From Phoronis australis (lineage: Eukaryota; Animalia; Phoronida), in NCBI GenBank assembly GCA_002633005.1, contig NMRA01000030.1, positions 1,599,015-1,663,014 on the forward strand: a stretch of 64,000 nt of DNA, written 5' to 3'. How positions within the stretch are numbered: the first letter of the stretch is position 1; each line of letters opens with the position of its first letter. The position numbers and the translations under genes are program-made. This document shows, piece by piece, positions 41,701 through 56,700 of this stretch. The notes beneath the pieces were generated by a model that saw nothing but the letters and a program-made list of their open reading frames with translations, had not been told where the DNA came from and did not search any database.

Positions 41701-44700
41701 CCAACATTAACCACCTGTAGCTGCCCTAGCTTCCCAAAAAAGGTTTAAGCACCAGCCATAGGGAGATGTTCCATAGCTACCCAACAAAGCAACATTCACT
41801 GGTTGCCAGTTTCACAAAATACTAGTGAACTTCACTGAATCATGAAAACTATACAACATGATAACCCACAGTGAAAAATAACTAGACTTCACACAGCCAG
41901 TGAATGACAAGCGAGAGAATTACTAGTTACGTAACAACTTACAGTATCAGTTACTTTACCCACAGAGAGACAAGCTTCATCAAGAATAGCCAAGATGCCC
42001 TTATGTGGAGCTTCTACCAGATCACAGATGACTTTATTGTTGAAGTAGTCAACCTGGAAAGGTGAAGGAATGGATAAGAGGTAGGCAAAGGCAGGAACTA
42101 CAAACAATGAAAGGTGGTCAACTATTAAACACCCCATAGTGTTGGTAAGATATAGTTAAAATCAGAAACTTCCAACTGAAATTAATCATATTAGCGGTAG
42201 CCAACTTTGCCGCTTAAGTAACCATTGCACGCCTCTTGGTCCATTGTTTTATAGCATCGAACGTTCATTTGCCATATACAAAAAGAATCCCATTTCCAAC
42301 CCAAAACCTGAACTAAAAAACAGCTGTCAAAGATGGTACTGCAAAGGGCTTTAAGAAAGTATATGTTTAATTATGCAGAATAATCCATGCACATTTCACA
42401 GAGCACAACCATTAGAGTAGTATTGGAGAACACAGCATATAAAGTTGATCCAGTATTGGAGAACAAATATAAGACAGCTCATTCACTTCTATCAAAAGGT
42501 TCACTTGCACTGCAATAACAAAACACTCCCAGTCAACCCTCACAACACACCCAATANCCCCCCCCCCAACCAACACCAAATGAGTTGCAAGTCAACACCC
42601 CCACACCCCTAACCAACACCACGTGAGTTGCCAGTCAACTCCCTTCTCAACACCCCCAGAACTCATGTGTTGCCAGCCTTCTCAACACCTCTAGTGTTCA
42701 TGTGTTGCTAGTCAATCCCTCAACACCCTCAGTACTCGTGTGGTGTCAATCCATACCTCAACACCCTCAGTACTCACGTGTTGCCAGTCAATCCATTAAC
42801 ACCCACAGTACTCACATGTTGCCAGTCGATCCCTCAACACCCTCAGTACTCATGTGTTGCCAGTCAACCCCTCAACATCCACAGTACTCATGTGTTGCCA
42901 GTCAATCCCTTAACACCCACAGTACTCACATGTTGCCAGTGAATCCCTCAACACACTCAGTACTCATGTGTTGCCAGTCAATCCCTTAACACCCACAGTA
43001 CTCACATGCTGCCAGTCAATTCCCTCCCTCATGTATTCTTCCTGTTCCTGCCTCAACACAAGCTCAATGAACAATTGCTGAAGCTTCTCATTGCAGTAGT
43101 TGATGCAGAACTGTTCAAAGCTAAAACCAAACAATACATTCACATGTTCTTTTAAAACTGCCTTTCCCAGTGACTATTAAATTTTGAATAAACATGGAAA
43201 ACTTTAGGGTTAGATGCACACATAACATTTTTATTTCCAAATAATAACATTTCATTCTGAGCTGAGGCAGCTATTTGCAAGGCTAAATATTAAAGATTTT
43301 AGGCGAAAATCGTGTATCAACAGTTAATAACAGCTATTGGACCAAATACATGTCCTGCCCAGAAATATACCTCATCAGGCAATTAGAAATAATCAGTTTT
43401 CAGCTGATCAATACCAAAATCTAGCAGCAAAAATTAAAAAGTTTTTTATACCTAACATACATAGAGAATTTCTACCAATAACACTGTCAATTATTAGCCT
43501 GCCCAGTACTCGGTGTATTCTTCATTTCTGTTCCAAAACTGAGCATGCTGAAGATGGCGGACAGGAATGGAATTTAAAAGTTAAAAAACTCATGAAATAT
43601 CTTGTGGTAATACACAACAGATAACAAATACTTGTTAAAGGAAAAATATTAAGTGACTCTGCAATTTGCCAGGCCAAAATGTTGGAGACAAACTTGGTAT
43701 TCAGTGACTAGAGACAAAATTAAAGTCTTGCTTCAACATTTAAGATATTGAGACAATGGCAACTGTTTACAACCACTAGGCAGGGATCGAACCTGTTGTT
43801 GTCAAATATTTCAAAGCCGTAGATATCCAACACTCCTATCACTGTGTTACGTCCATGACGCACTACGTCAGCAGGAACATGGATGGCATCGTTGATTCTG
43901 CTCACTATCCAAGAAAACATCCGTTCATACACAGCCTGAAAGAGTGTTCAGAGTTCTTACCAGTACATCGACAGAAAACAGAGTACATAGAATTATAGTG
44001 TTGATTTGCTATGACATCATAATACAAACCCTCATGCCTAGGATTGTACTATTAACACAACATTAATAACATAAACTGTACACTAAACAACACATATGAC
44101 TCATGCGGTACAATAAAGTACAAGGTGCAAAAACATTGTTATAATCTTGTTAAGTTTGCATCTATTATCAGCAGTTGATATCAGTCTGGCCAAATAATAC
44201 TAACAATATAAGCCCCGTGGAGGGCTGGGTGTTCCTAGTCTTTGTAACGAATTCATTGTTTAAATTCATTTGAACACATGTCACTATAATAAAAAATTAC
44301 TTACTTACTGTCTTACTAACAGCACTTAAAATTCTAACATAGAACAATACCTTACTCTCGACTAGCTACTGAATAACAGATGTAAAAGTGCCAAACTCAC
44401 ACAAGTTCCATCTTAGTACACACATCTTATATAAAAATGCCGTACCAACACCTAATAGACCACCAAACACCAGAAACACAGTACAAGAGAAAAGTAGTGA
44501 GACAAAATACCGTTTTCCCGTCATGACGTCAAATTCTAATAACAGCAAAAATGATTGATAATAACCATTAGCGCGGCAAAATCCTAATTACAAAATGACT
44601 TAGCCAACTTGCTAACTTTCCTGTTATTTCCCTTTCATTCTCTGTCATGAGGGGAGACTACTCTGATTTTGGGTTCCACTTCTGTCCAGTCGCCATGACG

Positions 44701-47700
44701 GGGAATTCTGCATCATTTTGTCTGAATACCTTTGGCTTATACTGTACTATAACTTTACCTTAGCTAATGCATCCTTTGCATAGGCTGCTTCTGAGACAGT
44801 ATGTCCTTTCTCCATTACCTCCCCCCTTGCGGCAACAACACGGAAGCACAGTGCCTTCTCCATGGAGTCTAAACTGACCGACAGTAGTTGAGCCACAGTG
44901 GACAGATGGTCCTTGTCCTTGACGGCAATGTTGTCACCATCTTCCGACACGTACTCCACCTCCCCCTGTTGGCGAAGAAGGTAAGTCAACAACCTACAGT
45001 ACACCATCAAGCTGTCGGTCTCCATGATAACAGAAGCTATACAACTACAACAAAACTATTTGCAAGCCAGCACAAATGTTTAATGTAATCAGTTTAAAAC
45101 ACCATGGCTGTTGTTGAGAGAGGGAGAGGGATAGTGAGGGGGGTGGAGGAAGAGGGGAAGGAGAGACGTCCTATGCCCAGCTACCATCAGACTATGTTTT
45201 GAGAAACTGTGGGTCTTTGAAAAACGAAAACAGGTCAATTTTGTCAATTATTTTTGTGCAAAATTGGTAAGATTTTATTGTCAGGACCGGCTGAGTTTGA
45301 AAAACAAAATGCTTAAGAAATCAATTTATTTTTATTGAACTCAATCCTGCCCAGCATCTTGTAAGATTGATAAGCTTCATACCAGATGAATGACAGCTGC
45401 TACAATCTTCCAGAGTGTCTCTGAAGCCTGCTGTGAGATACCCGTTGCCTTCATAGCCTCCATTACAGTCTTGTAGTCCGACCGGTCATTAATAGATGCC
45501 ACCTGGTAAGGAGGACACACTTGTAACTGAACGAAGAATGACCGTGTTTTGATACTCTCAAGCACACATACTGAAAGATCTGCATTTAGATTTTCCTCAG
45601 CAATCCCAAATGCTTGCTGCAATTTTGATGTTTTGTATTTTTTTGTATATACACCATTAAAGAAGAGTGACAGTTGGAATTTCATGATCACATAGATACA
45701 CGATGCAGCTATACCCAATAGCCTCAACTGATCATTACTATGCCCATTCAGAACACATTCAAGCACAACAGTGAAACCCTTCATCTTGTATTTCTCTTTA
45801 CTAAATATGAGCAGGTCTGAGTGTAGAGATGGAAGCAGCTAGACCCACCGTACCTTTGGCTCGCCCCCCTGTGACACATAGTGGTACTTCTGCGGAGTGC
45901 GCTCCAGTTTATATTCAGCCAGTTTCTGCTCGGGACAGCCATACAGCAGTTGGTAGAAGGAGTGGAAGTTGCGCTCACCTGGCTGTTGGTAGACAACACG
46001 TGACTGTGAGGGAAAACAAGGATATCATGGTCAGAATGCAAAGACCTGGATGCACCACAAGTACAGTATGGGGGGGTTATGCCACTTTATAACACTGGAA
46101 TATAAAGTGCCCCCATTGTCACGCACCATCATAACCCTCCATCCTAGCCAGCAATCAGATTATCCTAGATAAATATAACAACAATCTGAATCTAACAACA
46201 GACTGCCTTTAGACTCATGCAGATTGATTGCACAAACACATGCTGGGAGTATTGCTTCTCTACCTTTGCATAAGATAGTTGCCACCAATAGGGTCTCTCC
46301 TGATGTCTACAGAACACTATCCAGGTGTACATTAAGTGAGTGAACACACTGCACCCTACTGACAGTTTTGCCTTCCTACCTTCTCCAGTAGATAGTTGCT
46401 GATATGTCCACCAATAGGGTCTCCCTTGAAGTCAAAGTTAATGTCCATATACTTGCCAAATCGGCTAGAGTTATCATTACGGTTGGTCTTGGCATTACCA
46501 AAGGCTTCCAGAATGGCATTTGATCGAATGAGAACATCTTTTACCCTGAAATCAGAATGCAAGTGTAAAAAATGACAAGAGACCCATTCCTACACTGAGG
46601 CTGTGTTGCATAAAAGTGTGGGTGAGTTTGATTGATGTTTGACACATTGTTCAACAATGTGAAAGTGTAGCATAGTACTCTCACGTTTGTTGTTGTTATC
46701 CAACATGTAACATTTATGCAACAGGCGCAGTTATAGTCTAAACAGCACATTCAAAAGACTTGAGATGCCTTGGATGTGAGTCTTCTGACCGGCACATTGG
46801 TGTACAACACAGCAGCTTTAAAATATGTACTATATACCGAATGAGTATATAAGCCGATATGCTTCATACAATACAATGTGTTATAAATTCAAAGAAAACT
46901 TTAAGCTCAACTGCTTCTCTCATAGGCATATCCAACTATTCTTTGTTTTTGTGCATAACACGGTGTTTAAAGTGTATATTGAACATCATTGGCACTTTTC
47001 GTTTATTAGTTAACGCAAAAGTAAATACGCATTAACGTCGGCCATTTTGTAACATAAGTTAAGTTCCATTCACACAATACCACCACCCAATGGAACATAC
47101 GGTAACACAACATATTGAGTCTTCAGCTATTTTGCACACACACAATACCCAAATTGTATTTTCAATTGTTTCAAAAACTGAAGGCCTGGCTACAAACAAT
47201 CCGTTTTTTGCCATAAACAAGACATGACAGTCATGAAACAGTACATTCTTACTCTTTACTTTTGTTCAAAAATTGAACAAAATAGCATTCCACTGCTCAG
47301 CCATGTTATGTGATCAATAGGTGGCACTGTACGAACTAAAAATTATATTCTTGGGGTGTGCCAAGTTTGGCGGCAGTTTGAGGTATGCATTACAAGTAGG
47401 TTCAGTGAATCTGGTTTGCTAGTGCTTGTGAACTTGTTGTGAATCAGCGAACTCCAATAGTTCTTTTTCTTCAAAATGGTGGCTCCCGTAGCAGTGATGC
47501 ATTCTAGTGCACACTGAGGAATCTGTTGGGATGGCAGCAATTCCGGAGCACATTGTAAATTTGCTTTCAGAAAACTAGTGTTGGCTTATGTCTACCATTG
47601 GCAAGGAAGTGGTAATTCTTGGCTGAAAAGTGACCAATTAAGAACATTTCAAACACGCATGAAACACAACATACCTGTGACAAGGCACAGGATATATCCC

Positions 47701-50700
47701 ATTACCAAACATGTCCAACGCTAGTAAGGCCAAAAAAGCATTGTTGGTTTTAGTCTGTATAACATTATTAAAATTCACTTTCCAAAGACACCTAATAAAT
47801 TGCAAAAGTAAGCAAGAGATAAGACATGGATTCATCCTTACCTTTCTACCTCCTTTTGACCGCTGACATTGGTGACCGCGGCAATGTACCTCATGATGAT
47901 CTTGGAGGCTTCTGTCTTACCTGAGCCGCTCTCACCTGTAAATCACAGAGTATAAAAGGTTAGAATGCTCACATAAATGTGGTGAGCAGACTACGCTCAC
48001 CTCTCGAACATTGTCAAAAGAGTGAGGTTAAAGTACTATCAAACAGAGGTAACAAAAAGCCAGTACCCTGCTGACATAGACAAACCGTATAACACCAAGG
48101 GTTCCAGGTAAGGTTCAATTCTACACAGCTATTTCACACATTTGGCATATCCATCATTGCCATAGGTAGCATTTTTCCATAAAATATAATTACTCAAGAC
48201 CAAACCACAGTCTGTGTTTTAACCACCTTCACTGGAGAGTGGCATGTACTGAGTATTTGTATCATACCATTTAACTTTCCCTTAAGTTATCAGATTCCCG
48301 ATTTTAATGAGGTTGAGCGCTCTACCACACAGTTCACTCACCAGATTGCAAGCATCTAGTCATAATACAACTTAATTGTCCTATCTAAACAACACAACGA
48401 AACTACTTATTGTAAATACTATATTTTCAATCACAAATAGTTTTGTCATTATGTTTACCGGATTCTTTTAGTTAGCAAAAACCAACAAAATATCAAAACA
48501 ACACAAAGGAGTAAGAAATATGGTCACTGCCGTTTTAAGTTGTGGGCTTACTTTTCTCATTCAAAGACTAACAGGTAAGAAAATCTCCATGCTTTAAAAC
48601 CTTGAGGTGATTGTGTTGTATCTTGACCTCATGCGACACCGGAAGTCAATATTGCAAATACATAATGGTGTTAACTCTTATATGCTGCCAGTCATAGAAA
48701 TAACCATAGCAACACTGTTGTTTTAAAATCAACTATGGTTCAAAAATTAGAGGAGTTATATAAATAGTTATCCAAGGGGGCTTGTTATTATGGGTGTGTG
48801 CAAATATCAAAGCATCAAGCAAATGTACCAAATGTCCTCATTGTTCTCTGTGATGACTTTCTTGTCACATGGGTCAACAGATCAAGAGAGGCACATGTCT
48901 ATTACAACAGGAGCTTCTTGCACACATGACAACAAGCAAACAAAGGCACCACCTCTGTTGCAGCCATTGCACTCTGTACAAAGATTCTTGTAATATAGAA
49001 TTCATGCTCATCTCAACAGGAACACATCCATGAAATTCTGCAATGATCCTTCCAGAGGTCTGGCGGAGAGACAGGTGGGCGAAGATGATAGATCGAAAAT
49101 AACAAAAATGGCCACTGTGGAGTCGAATCCATCAGAAAATGAGGTGACATTGTCTTAATACAGAACAAATTTCATGAATGTCCAGAAAGGAACTCGACAG
49201 ACATAGAGTAAAGCAAAAAATGAAACTGCCACCACGGAACACAGCAATAATCAATTAATTCTATCCAAACTCTATCAGAGCCATCAAATGCATGATAGCA
49301 ACTTGCAGCTTGCCATTCATTTCTTTTAGGTTTCGCTTTGCTTATATACTTAGACCTTCAAAACTATTATTTTTACACCAATATTCTTAACATGCAGAGT
49401 TTAACTGGGAAGCTGGAATACCCACCAAATCAGAGAAGAGATCCATTTGTAGCGGGTTTCCATGAAAACTTCACATATCCGTAGCTTTGTTCCAGACCAC
49501 CATTTTCCAAGAACCTAACCCTTCCATGGGGTTATTTTGGAAAGTTGTATTAACCCATTAAGCCTGATGAAGTACAAGGAGTGCTACCATATCAAAAATG
49601 TGTACACCAGTTTCAGTAATATCAACAAAAAACTTCTGTGGATGTCTTTGAATAGAAAAGGAAGCTTTTCTAAATAGATCTGTGAGAATTTCAACGAACA
49701 ACATGCCCTTTTGTGGGGGATTGTGTCCTGGATTACAGGGCAATGGACCTATCTTTTATCCTGGAGATAAGAAAGCGTGTGGCCTATTTTTTTGAAATTA
49801 GTCCCATTTTCGAGTCTCCCATTGATGTCGGGAAGGCGAAGAATTTCAGATCATGCATCCACTGGTATTGGCCCAGTTTATCAAACTTTTTCACATCGGA
49901 GTTGCAGCCCAAAACACAGCAGTATGTAATACTTTGTTGGCATTGGAAGGACAAATAAAGTAATGCAACCAAGAAAAATTAGTAAATAATCAGCCAACAA
50001 CAAATAACATGTGAAGCTAGAGTGGCACGAAAAAGGACGGCCCTATTGAAATATATATATCATATACTGTAAACTCTTGCACAGGAATTTCAGTCAGTGG
50101 ATGATTACACCACTTGTCCAAGGCTTTTACTCAGACAGAAGGCAATGAGCTGAGCTGACAGTGTGCCCTCACGAAATTTACCTCCCTAGGTTTCCCACAT
50201 GCAGCCAAGCACACATGGTAGCAGTGAGTGAGAGACAAATTAGCTGTTGTCAGCTGATGCAATAATTAATTCTCCTTGGCTATCAATTGTGATCTACTAA
50301 GGCTCAGCTCGCCCCCCATACTGAGAAGATTGATGCCCACAAGTGAAAGAAATCCAACTAGAGAAACATTAACCTAACTGCCTGGCAAAGATTTTATAGA
50401 TACCTAAGATCTCCGACTTATGACCTAAATAGTCACAGCGTTACAAGTAGCGCCACCTTCTGGAAGGCGCTCAAATTCAGCATAATAACACGGTATATAG
50501 TATCTTTGCTGCCTGGTGAGGCAAAATCTAACAGTTCATTTTAATGCAGACATGAGTAATGAGCTGAGCTCATTTGCATTTGAAATGCATAGCTCTCTGT
50601 TTGCACTGGTCTTATCAGACAATGCAGAACTTAACAACAGTCCAGGAGGAAGTAGATCACTGTAGTTTAATGTAACATCACTATAAGCTACAGTAATAAT

Positions 50701-53700
50701 AATGCACTAGACACCAACTGGAGTACAGTAACACTAACCACAAACTAGTTGAACATTGTATAAATAAACCCATTTCCTACTCTTACCAAATCCTGTAAAT
50801 GAGGGCAACTGCTCATAGCATTCCCATATATGCTTGTCAATGAGTGGTCACTGATCAACTCAACAGCCTGTTACATGGAGTTTCCAAAATAAACTAGACA
50901 AACTTACACAGAACTACCCAAACTACACAACCTATGGCAAACTTCACACCAGAATTATTTGTCAGTTTAGTCTCACTTCAGTCCTTTCGAACTATTTTTA
51001 CAAAATTTAGAGAGGCGTTTAAGGTAGGCCAACTGCCCATAATAGTTTATTTGTGAATGGATTTGCACACTGTATGTTTCCACAAATAATATGAAGCAAC
51101 ACCTGCAGAGACTGTCAGACCTAGTGAGAACCAGAACTGAAACACAGTCCAGGAAAAATAATGAAATAGACAGTGGTGGTTTTGTGTATTAAACTTGGTC
51201 GAATTTTCAAAGTACCATATTCGCCCTAATAAGCACCCAGGGCGCTTAGAAAAATTCGCTTCAGGAAGGGGGCACTGGACACTAATTAGGGCGAATACAG
51301 TATCTTGTTTATTTTGAAAACTACAGCACCTATGAATAACAAAACCAAAGAATCAATTTACTGAATATGGCTTCCAATGTAAATCACATAGTAGAACTAC
51401 CAACACCTTGAAACAGGGGGAACAAGTAATTTAATTTCATTAGAATCAAATGTGCAATGTGGTCTATTTGTCCAGTGAAAACTTGAAATACCCGGTAGGT
51501 ATAGGGTCCCATAGTATGAATGCATGGACTACACTCATACAGCACGTGATATCAAGTGGTGGGAAGGATAGAATTAAAACCACTACTGTTTTGAACAAAG
51601 CTCAAGAAAAAGACAAGTGATGAAGTCATTTTATGTGCTTATCATTATCTCAAGCACACTGCCAGTTCATTCTAAAGCCCAGAGGCCACTTCTTGTACGA
51701 AAGAATGAATAAGTTGAGAACATTTTAATTTTATGCAGCAAAGTTCTGTTTCTTTTTTACAACACAGAAGTTTATTTAAAGAACAGCCTCATTGGGATAT
51801 TTTACGGTACCATAAAAATCAACTTTATCTCAACCTGTCCTTGAACAGTGATATGAAGTTTTGCGAGCACTTCCATGGTACAGTGAGTGCCCTTGATGAG
51901 CAGTTCTCAGGTACCGTAATGGCTACTAAATTTAGGTCCAGCATCATTTTGGCATTGCTTGGAATGACATACAATGTGTGTCGTGTCTGTCTCAAGATTA
52001 ATCGTACAAAAGCTCAGGTGGTGGCGATAGGTTCTCAAACAATAATTTTGTATTCTCAGGTACATGTGAAAAACATTGTCAAGAAGATTGGTGCGAGAAC
52101 AAAATGAAGAAATTAGGCCAACATTCAGTACTTGACACCGTTCTAATCTGCAAGTTCATGGACATCGCTTCTCAGGCTCTTGTTTTGATGGGCCTCATGA
52201 AGCTCATGGTGTTGCGCGTCAAGTTTCAAACGTGTCATCGCAGCCGCAAACTTTACTACAAGAATACAAAATAGGAAATGCTAGACTTGAGCCTGCTATG
52301 GTGTACTTGAGCGATGTACATGGAGTTGCATTGCCGACTGGCACAGGGGGTGGCAGAGTTACTCAAAGCTAAAAGTCGACTTCACCACACACCAGAGTGA
52401 TCCAGGGACACCCTTGGCTGGTGACTGAATGCAGTAGAAAAACACCATGATGTGAACATACAGGTTCAAGCATGTAAAGGAGAGAAAGGGAAAATATTCA
52501 GTATGAAGTAAAGTAGCCTAGGGCTAAAAGTCTTACAACATAAAGTTCTGTGAAGATATACCATAAACGTTCGGGTTAACGCCCATGCTCAGTTAACCGC
52601 CCTCCCCCTACTTTAGGTGGATTTTCAATTTAACCGCCCACTGCTCGGTTAAGCGCCCCCCTGTGATTTTTTAAGATTTCCAATTAAGCACCCACCTCTC
52701 GGTTAAGCGCCCATCCCCGTCTTTTAAAGAATGGAGATTTAGTGCCCAGTGCTAAGGAAACGCGCGATTTCCCGACTTTTAGAAAAATATCGATGATCAC
52801 AATGAGCGCAACGACGCCGGGCCTCCAAGACGGTGGTTTAGCAATGTGAATTGCAATTATACAAGTAACGAGTTATTGTCCTGGGTCATGGACTCACTTC
52901 AAAATATAATACTTGAACGTTTTTGTCACTTTATTTTCTTTGCAAAGTTTAAGAACACCGCCGGAGTCAAAACCTCCGCTTTCAGCGACTTTGTCTGCCG
53001 CGTTGAGTTTTCGTCTGCAGTGCACTTGATAAAACATATATTCGAAAAAATCAGGCCAGAGACAATGGTTAAAAGTATATAGTCACGCCCGTTTCTGTTA
53101 CTTAGGACTGTCGCTATTCTCTTTTGATGTGTGACTTTGTAGTGGTGCACTCTTTGGAGTGCATGTTACCTTGACACCAACATGTGATTGACAGGTGACT
53201 CGCACGTAGGCCCTACGCGCGTGCTGAATCCCGCCGCTATCTTTGGCCATAAAAAAACGAGATGCATATTGAAAGAGGCCGTTATATTACTTGACGGCAT
53301 TTCCAAGTCACGATTGTCAACCGACTGAGTCATTGCGCGCTAACAACGGGACCGAACAGTGCCGCAGTGCGATATTGCAAGTGATATAAATAGGATAATC
53401 TGGACATCTTGCATGAAAAATAAATGTTTTTCCACCACGAAGTTTGGTAAGGTGATCGTTTATGAATTGAAGCATCGCTGTTTTGTAGCGTTTTATCACA
53501 TATTTATACCGTGGCTCGAAATTTTATTCTTGATTGACGAGTGGCTCACGGCCGCTTGACCCCGATTCTTGTCTTGGGCCTACTTCTTTGCCGAGCATGT
53601 TTGGCACAACGGCAAGTGAGCAATGCCGGGCAGTCGAGATAAAACAGCAAGCCACAGAACCATACGCTGAAAATGTCATTGAGTCACGGAGTATCGACTA

Positions 53701-56700
53701 TAAACATCCCAAACACAAAAAAACTCTGAATTAAGGTTTTCAAACCGTTATTACAACCAATTTTAAAACTGCTCTCTGACTATGAACTTGGCAGCTAGTA
53801 ACCATAAATTTGATGTCTGCTATGGTCTCTGCAACACATGAAGCTTGCACGCGCGCACTTTAGCAAGATGAAATAGTTGCAATCCAAGTAGAGACTGCGT
53901 GGTCACTGGTCATCTGCGCTCTACAAGACCGCAAGACGGCACGGGGCTATTACTCAGCAATTCCATAAATTTAACAGTGAATAACTAATCTGAGGCATGA
54001 TAACCTTTGTTAGGATCATCCGCTGTTATGACATTTTCCCGTCATGTGGCGACGTGACGATAACGCTCTTTGAAAAGTGCTACGCGTTCCGAGTAGGCCT
54101 ATGTGTGTGGTGTGGGAACTTAGATCACGAGGTAAGATTAACCGCCCAGGGCGCTTGCCTGTCGTAATAAGCGCCCATGTTCGGTTAACCGCCCACCCTG
54201 GATTTTTTGAAGTTTCACGTTTAAGCGCCCATGTCTGGTTAACCGCCCACCCCCGATTTTTTGGGTTTTCCAATTTAACCGCCCAGGGCGTTAACCCGAA
54301 CGTTTACGGTAAGGTATACACATGATGACCGAATGATTTCATGCAAAAGTCACCAATCCTAAGATAGCAATAATGGACATTCATGGTGCAGAATTGGACA
54401 TTTCCAGGTAACTTTTGTTGACTCTTGGCTAACAGAAGCTGAGATACTGAAACTGGTGGTCATTTCAATATTACAGGACAATACGAAGCCTGTGTATGGG
54501 ACCTCTCAAAAATGACCATTACAGTACCAGGAAAGGTATTGCTGTACACTGGGTGGGACCACTAATATGATAACCTGTACTCAGATATCAGAGTTTCTAA
54601 GCTTTATCAGAGATCATAAAAGTCACTAACATAGATCAAGTAACCTTTTATCTTTCATTGGGAGTTCTTTAATTTATTACCAGAGTACCAATGATGGAGC
54701 ATTGTAAGTTACTGGTAGATCATAGAAAAATTATCTCAAGACTATATGCACAAAACACAAAGGATGTAATGGTCAGTGTGAAAGATAAAAGAATTGGTTT
54801 AGGATCAAAACTAAAACTGTGAGTTAACATCACAGTAAAGCAGGTAGATTTAACACATCAATACTTCAACACATTGTGATAAGTTGACAGCAGTTGTTGC
54901 CAATAATGACATGTTTTATGTTATTAATTGCTGATACTATGTTCAAATACTGATTAATCTAACGTTCTAAACACTTCACTGAATTTATTGTCCAAACATT
55001 ACACAAGTTTTATAAAAATTCCAAACAACAATAATTTCACAGAACCACATTGCAACAACTTCTACGACTGGAGTATCAGCACCATAATGGAAGGGCCTTT
55101 CTGAAAGTTCAAGAAACTTAAGTTTCCATGGGGACTACTCTTGTACCAGAGATACATTGGTCTGAATTGTATTACTACACACTGCACATCGTGAAACACC
55201 TACAACCTATGAGCAAGTAACATTGCCTTGAAGTGGTACACAACACTGGTGGTACATGACACTAGTGGTACACGACACTAGTGGTACACGGTACTAGTGG
55301 TACACGACACTATTGGTACACGACACTAGTGGTACATGACACTAGTGGTACACGACACTATTGGTACATGACACTATTGGTACACGGCACTAGTGGTACA
55401 CGACACTATTGGTACACGACACTATTGGTACACGACACTAGTGGTACATGACACTAGTGGTACATGACACTCCAAATGAAGCCCTTGTAGTGCCTAGCAT
55501 GAACTTAAAACCGTAATACCATGGCCCATGGCATCTGACTGTAACTTGACAAAAATGCTACTTTAATTATGAAGGCAAAGTCTGTCTAGTTTATTTTGAA
55601 AACTACAGTAGTTGTTATATAAATATGGCTGGCAGCAATGCTGTTTGGTTACAACTTGTCTTATTAAGCCTTGGGCAAAAGTTCATATAATGGCTTACCA
55701 AGCTCAGTTTTCATTAAAAACAAATAGACCAAATAAATCATTGTTTTTCTTTGAAATAGGTATTAACTGGTTGTTTTCTCAACACCCCACTAATCCTAAG
55801 AAGCAATTCAATCATTACAGCTGTCAAAAAAGCACTTTGCTCTCAGATTTTTCTAACAGAATGTTCAAAAACCTTGATGGCAATCATACAGGTTAGGCAG
55901 TCAGGGACTGGAAATGAGGCATGGACGTTTTAAACACCATTTTGATTGTCATTTCAATATATGGTGTAAAACATCAACTTTAGTTGTCATTTTGTTACTG
56001 GTTAAAAACAGTGGATTCTATTTCGCATGTGCAAGCAAAATCTGACAGCCTCAATAAGGGACATCTGCAGATAACAGCGGTGGTTCACCAAATGCAACAT
56101 ACAAGGGCACTTCACGTCATCAGGTCCACCCACTTGCCTTGGAGCACAAAACCTGAAGTGTTTTTATTTTATTCAAGAAATATGGCCAGAGGGAGATTAT
56201 TGGGTGTTAATTGGTCTTTGACAGATGCCAGAAATCGAAAGCATTCTTTCAGGGACCAAAACAGATAGTGTGGAGTATTCTTGCATATAAGAGGATTTGG
56301 AAGTAATTTTTGCAGGTTACTATGCAGTGTTTTCCACGACCGGTTTTGACTCCAAGGGGCAACGAGTTTAAATTTTGCTGCCTCGGGTTTGGAGAATGCC
56401 TCGAGTTTAAAAAGTGTCACGCCAAGTTAAAACTTTAACTGGCTTGCCCTCAGAATCAAAAATGAGGATGAATTTGCCATCATCACCCATAGTTCCATTG
56501 CTATGAGGCAGTTAACAATACATATATGACCTAATATTTGTAATAATAGAGTGTAAATTATTGCTAAAAAAGTAGGAAGAAATTCTTTTTCTAACATAAT
56601 TTTATGGTGTTAGCTACCTTACCTTAATAATTGATTAGCCAGCAATATTATTTTAACTTTAAAAATTTGCACCTAAACCTGTAAATTAACAATTTGATAT

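Noticed and set aside
55243-55471. Palindrome-containing direct repeats resembling a CRISPR array
   Set aside because: 16-bp units are contiguous with no spacers; eukaryotic intron; no cas genes.
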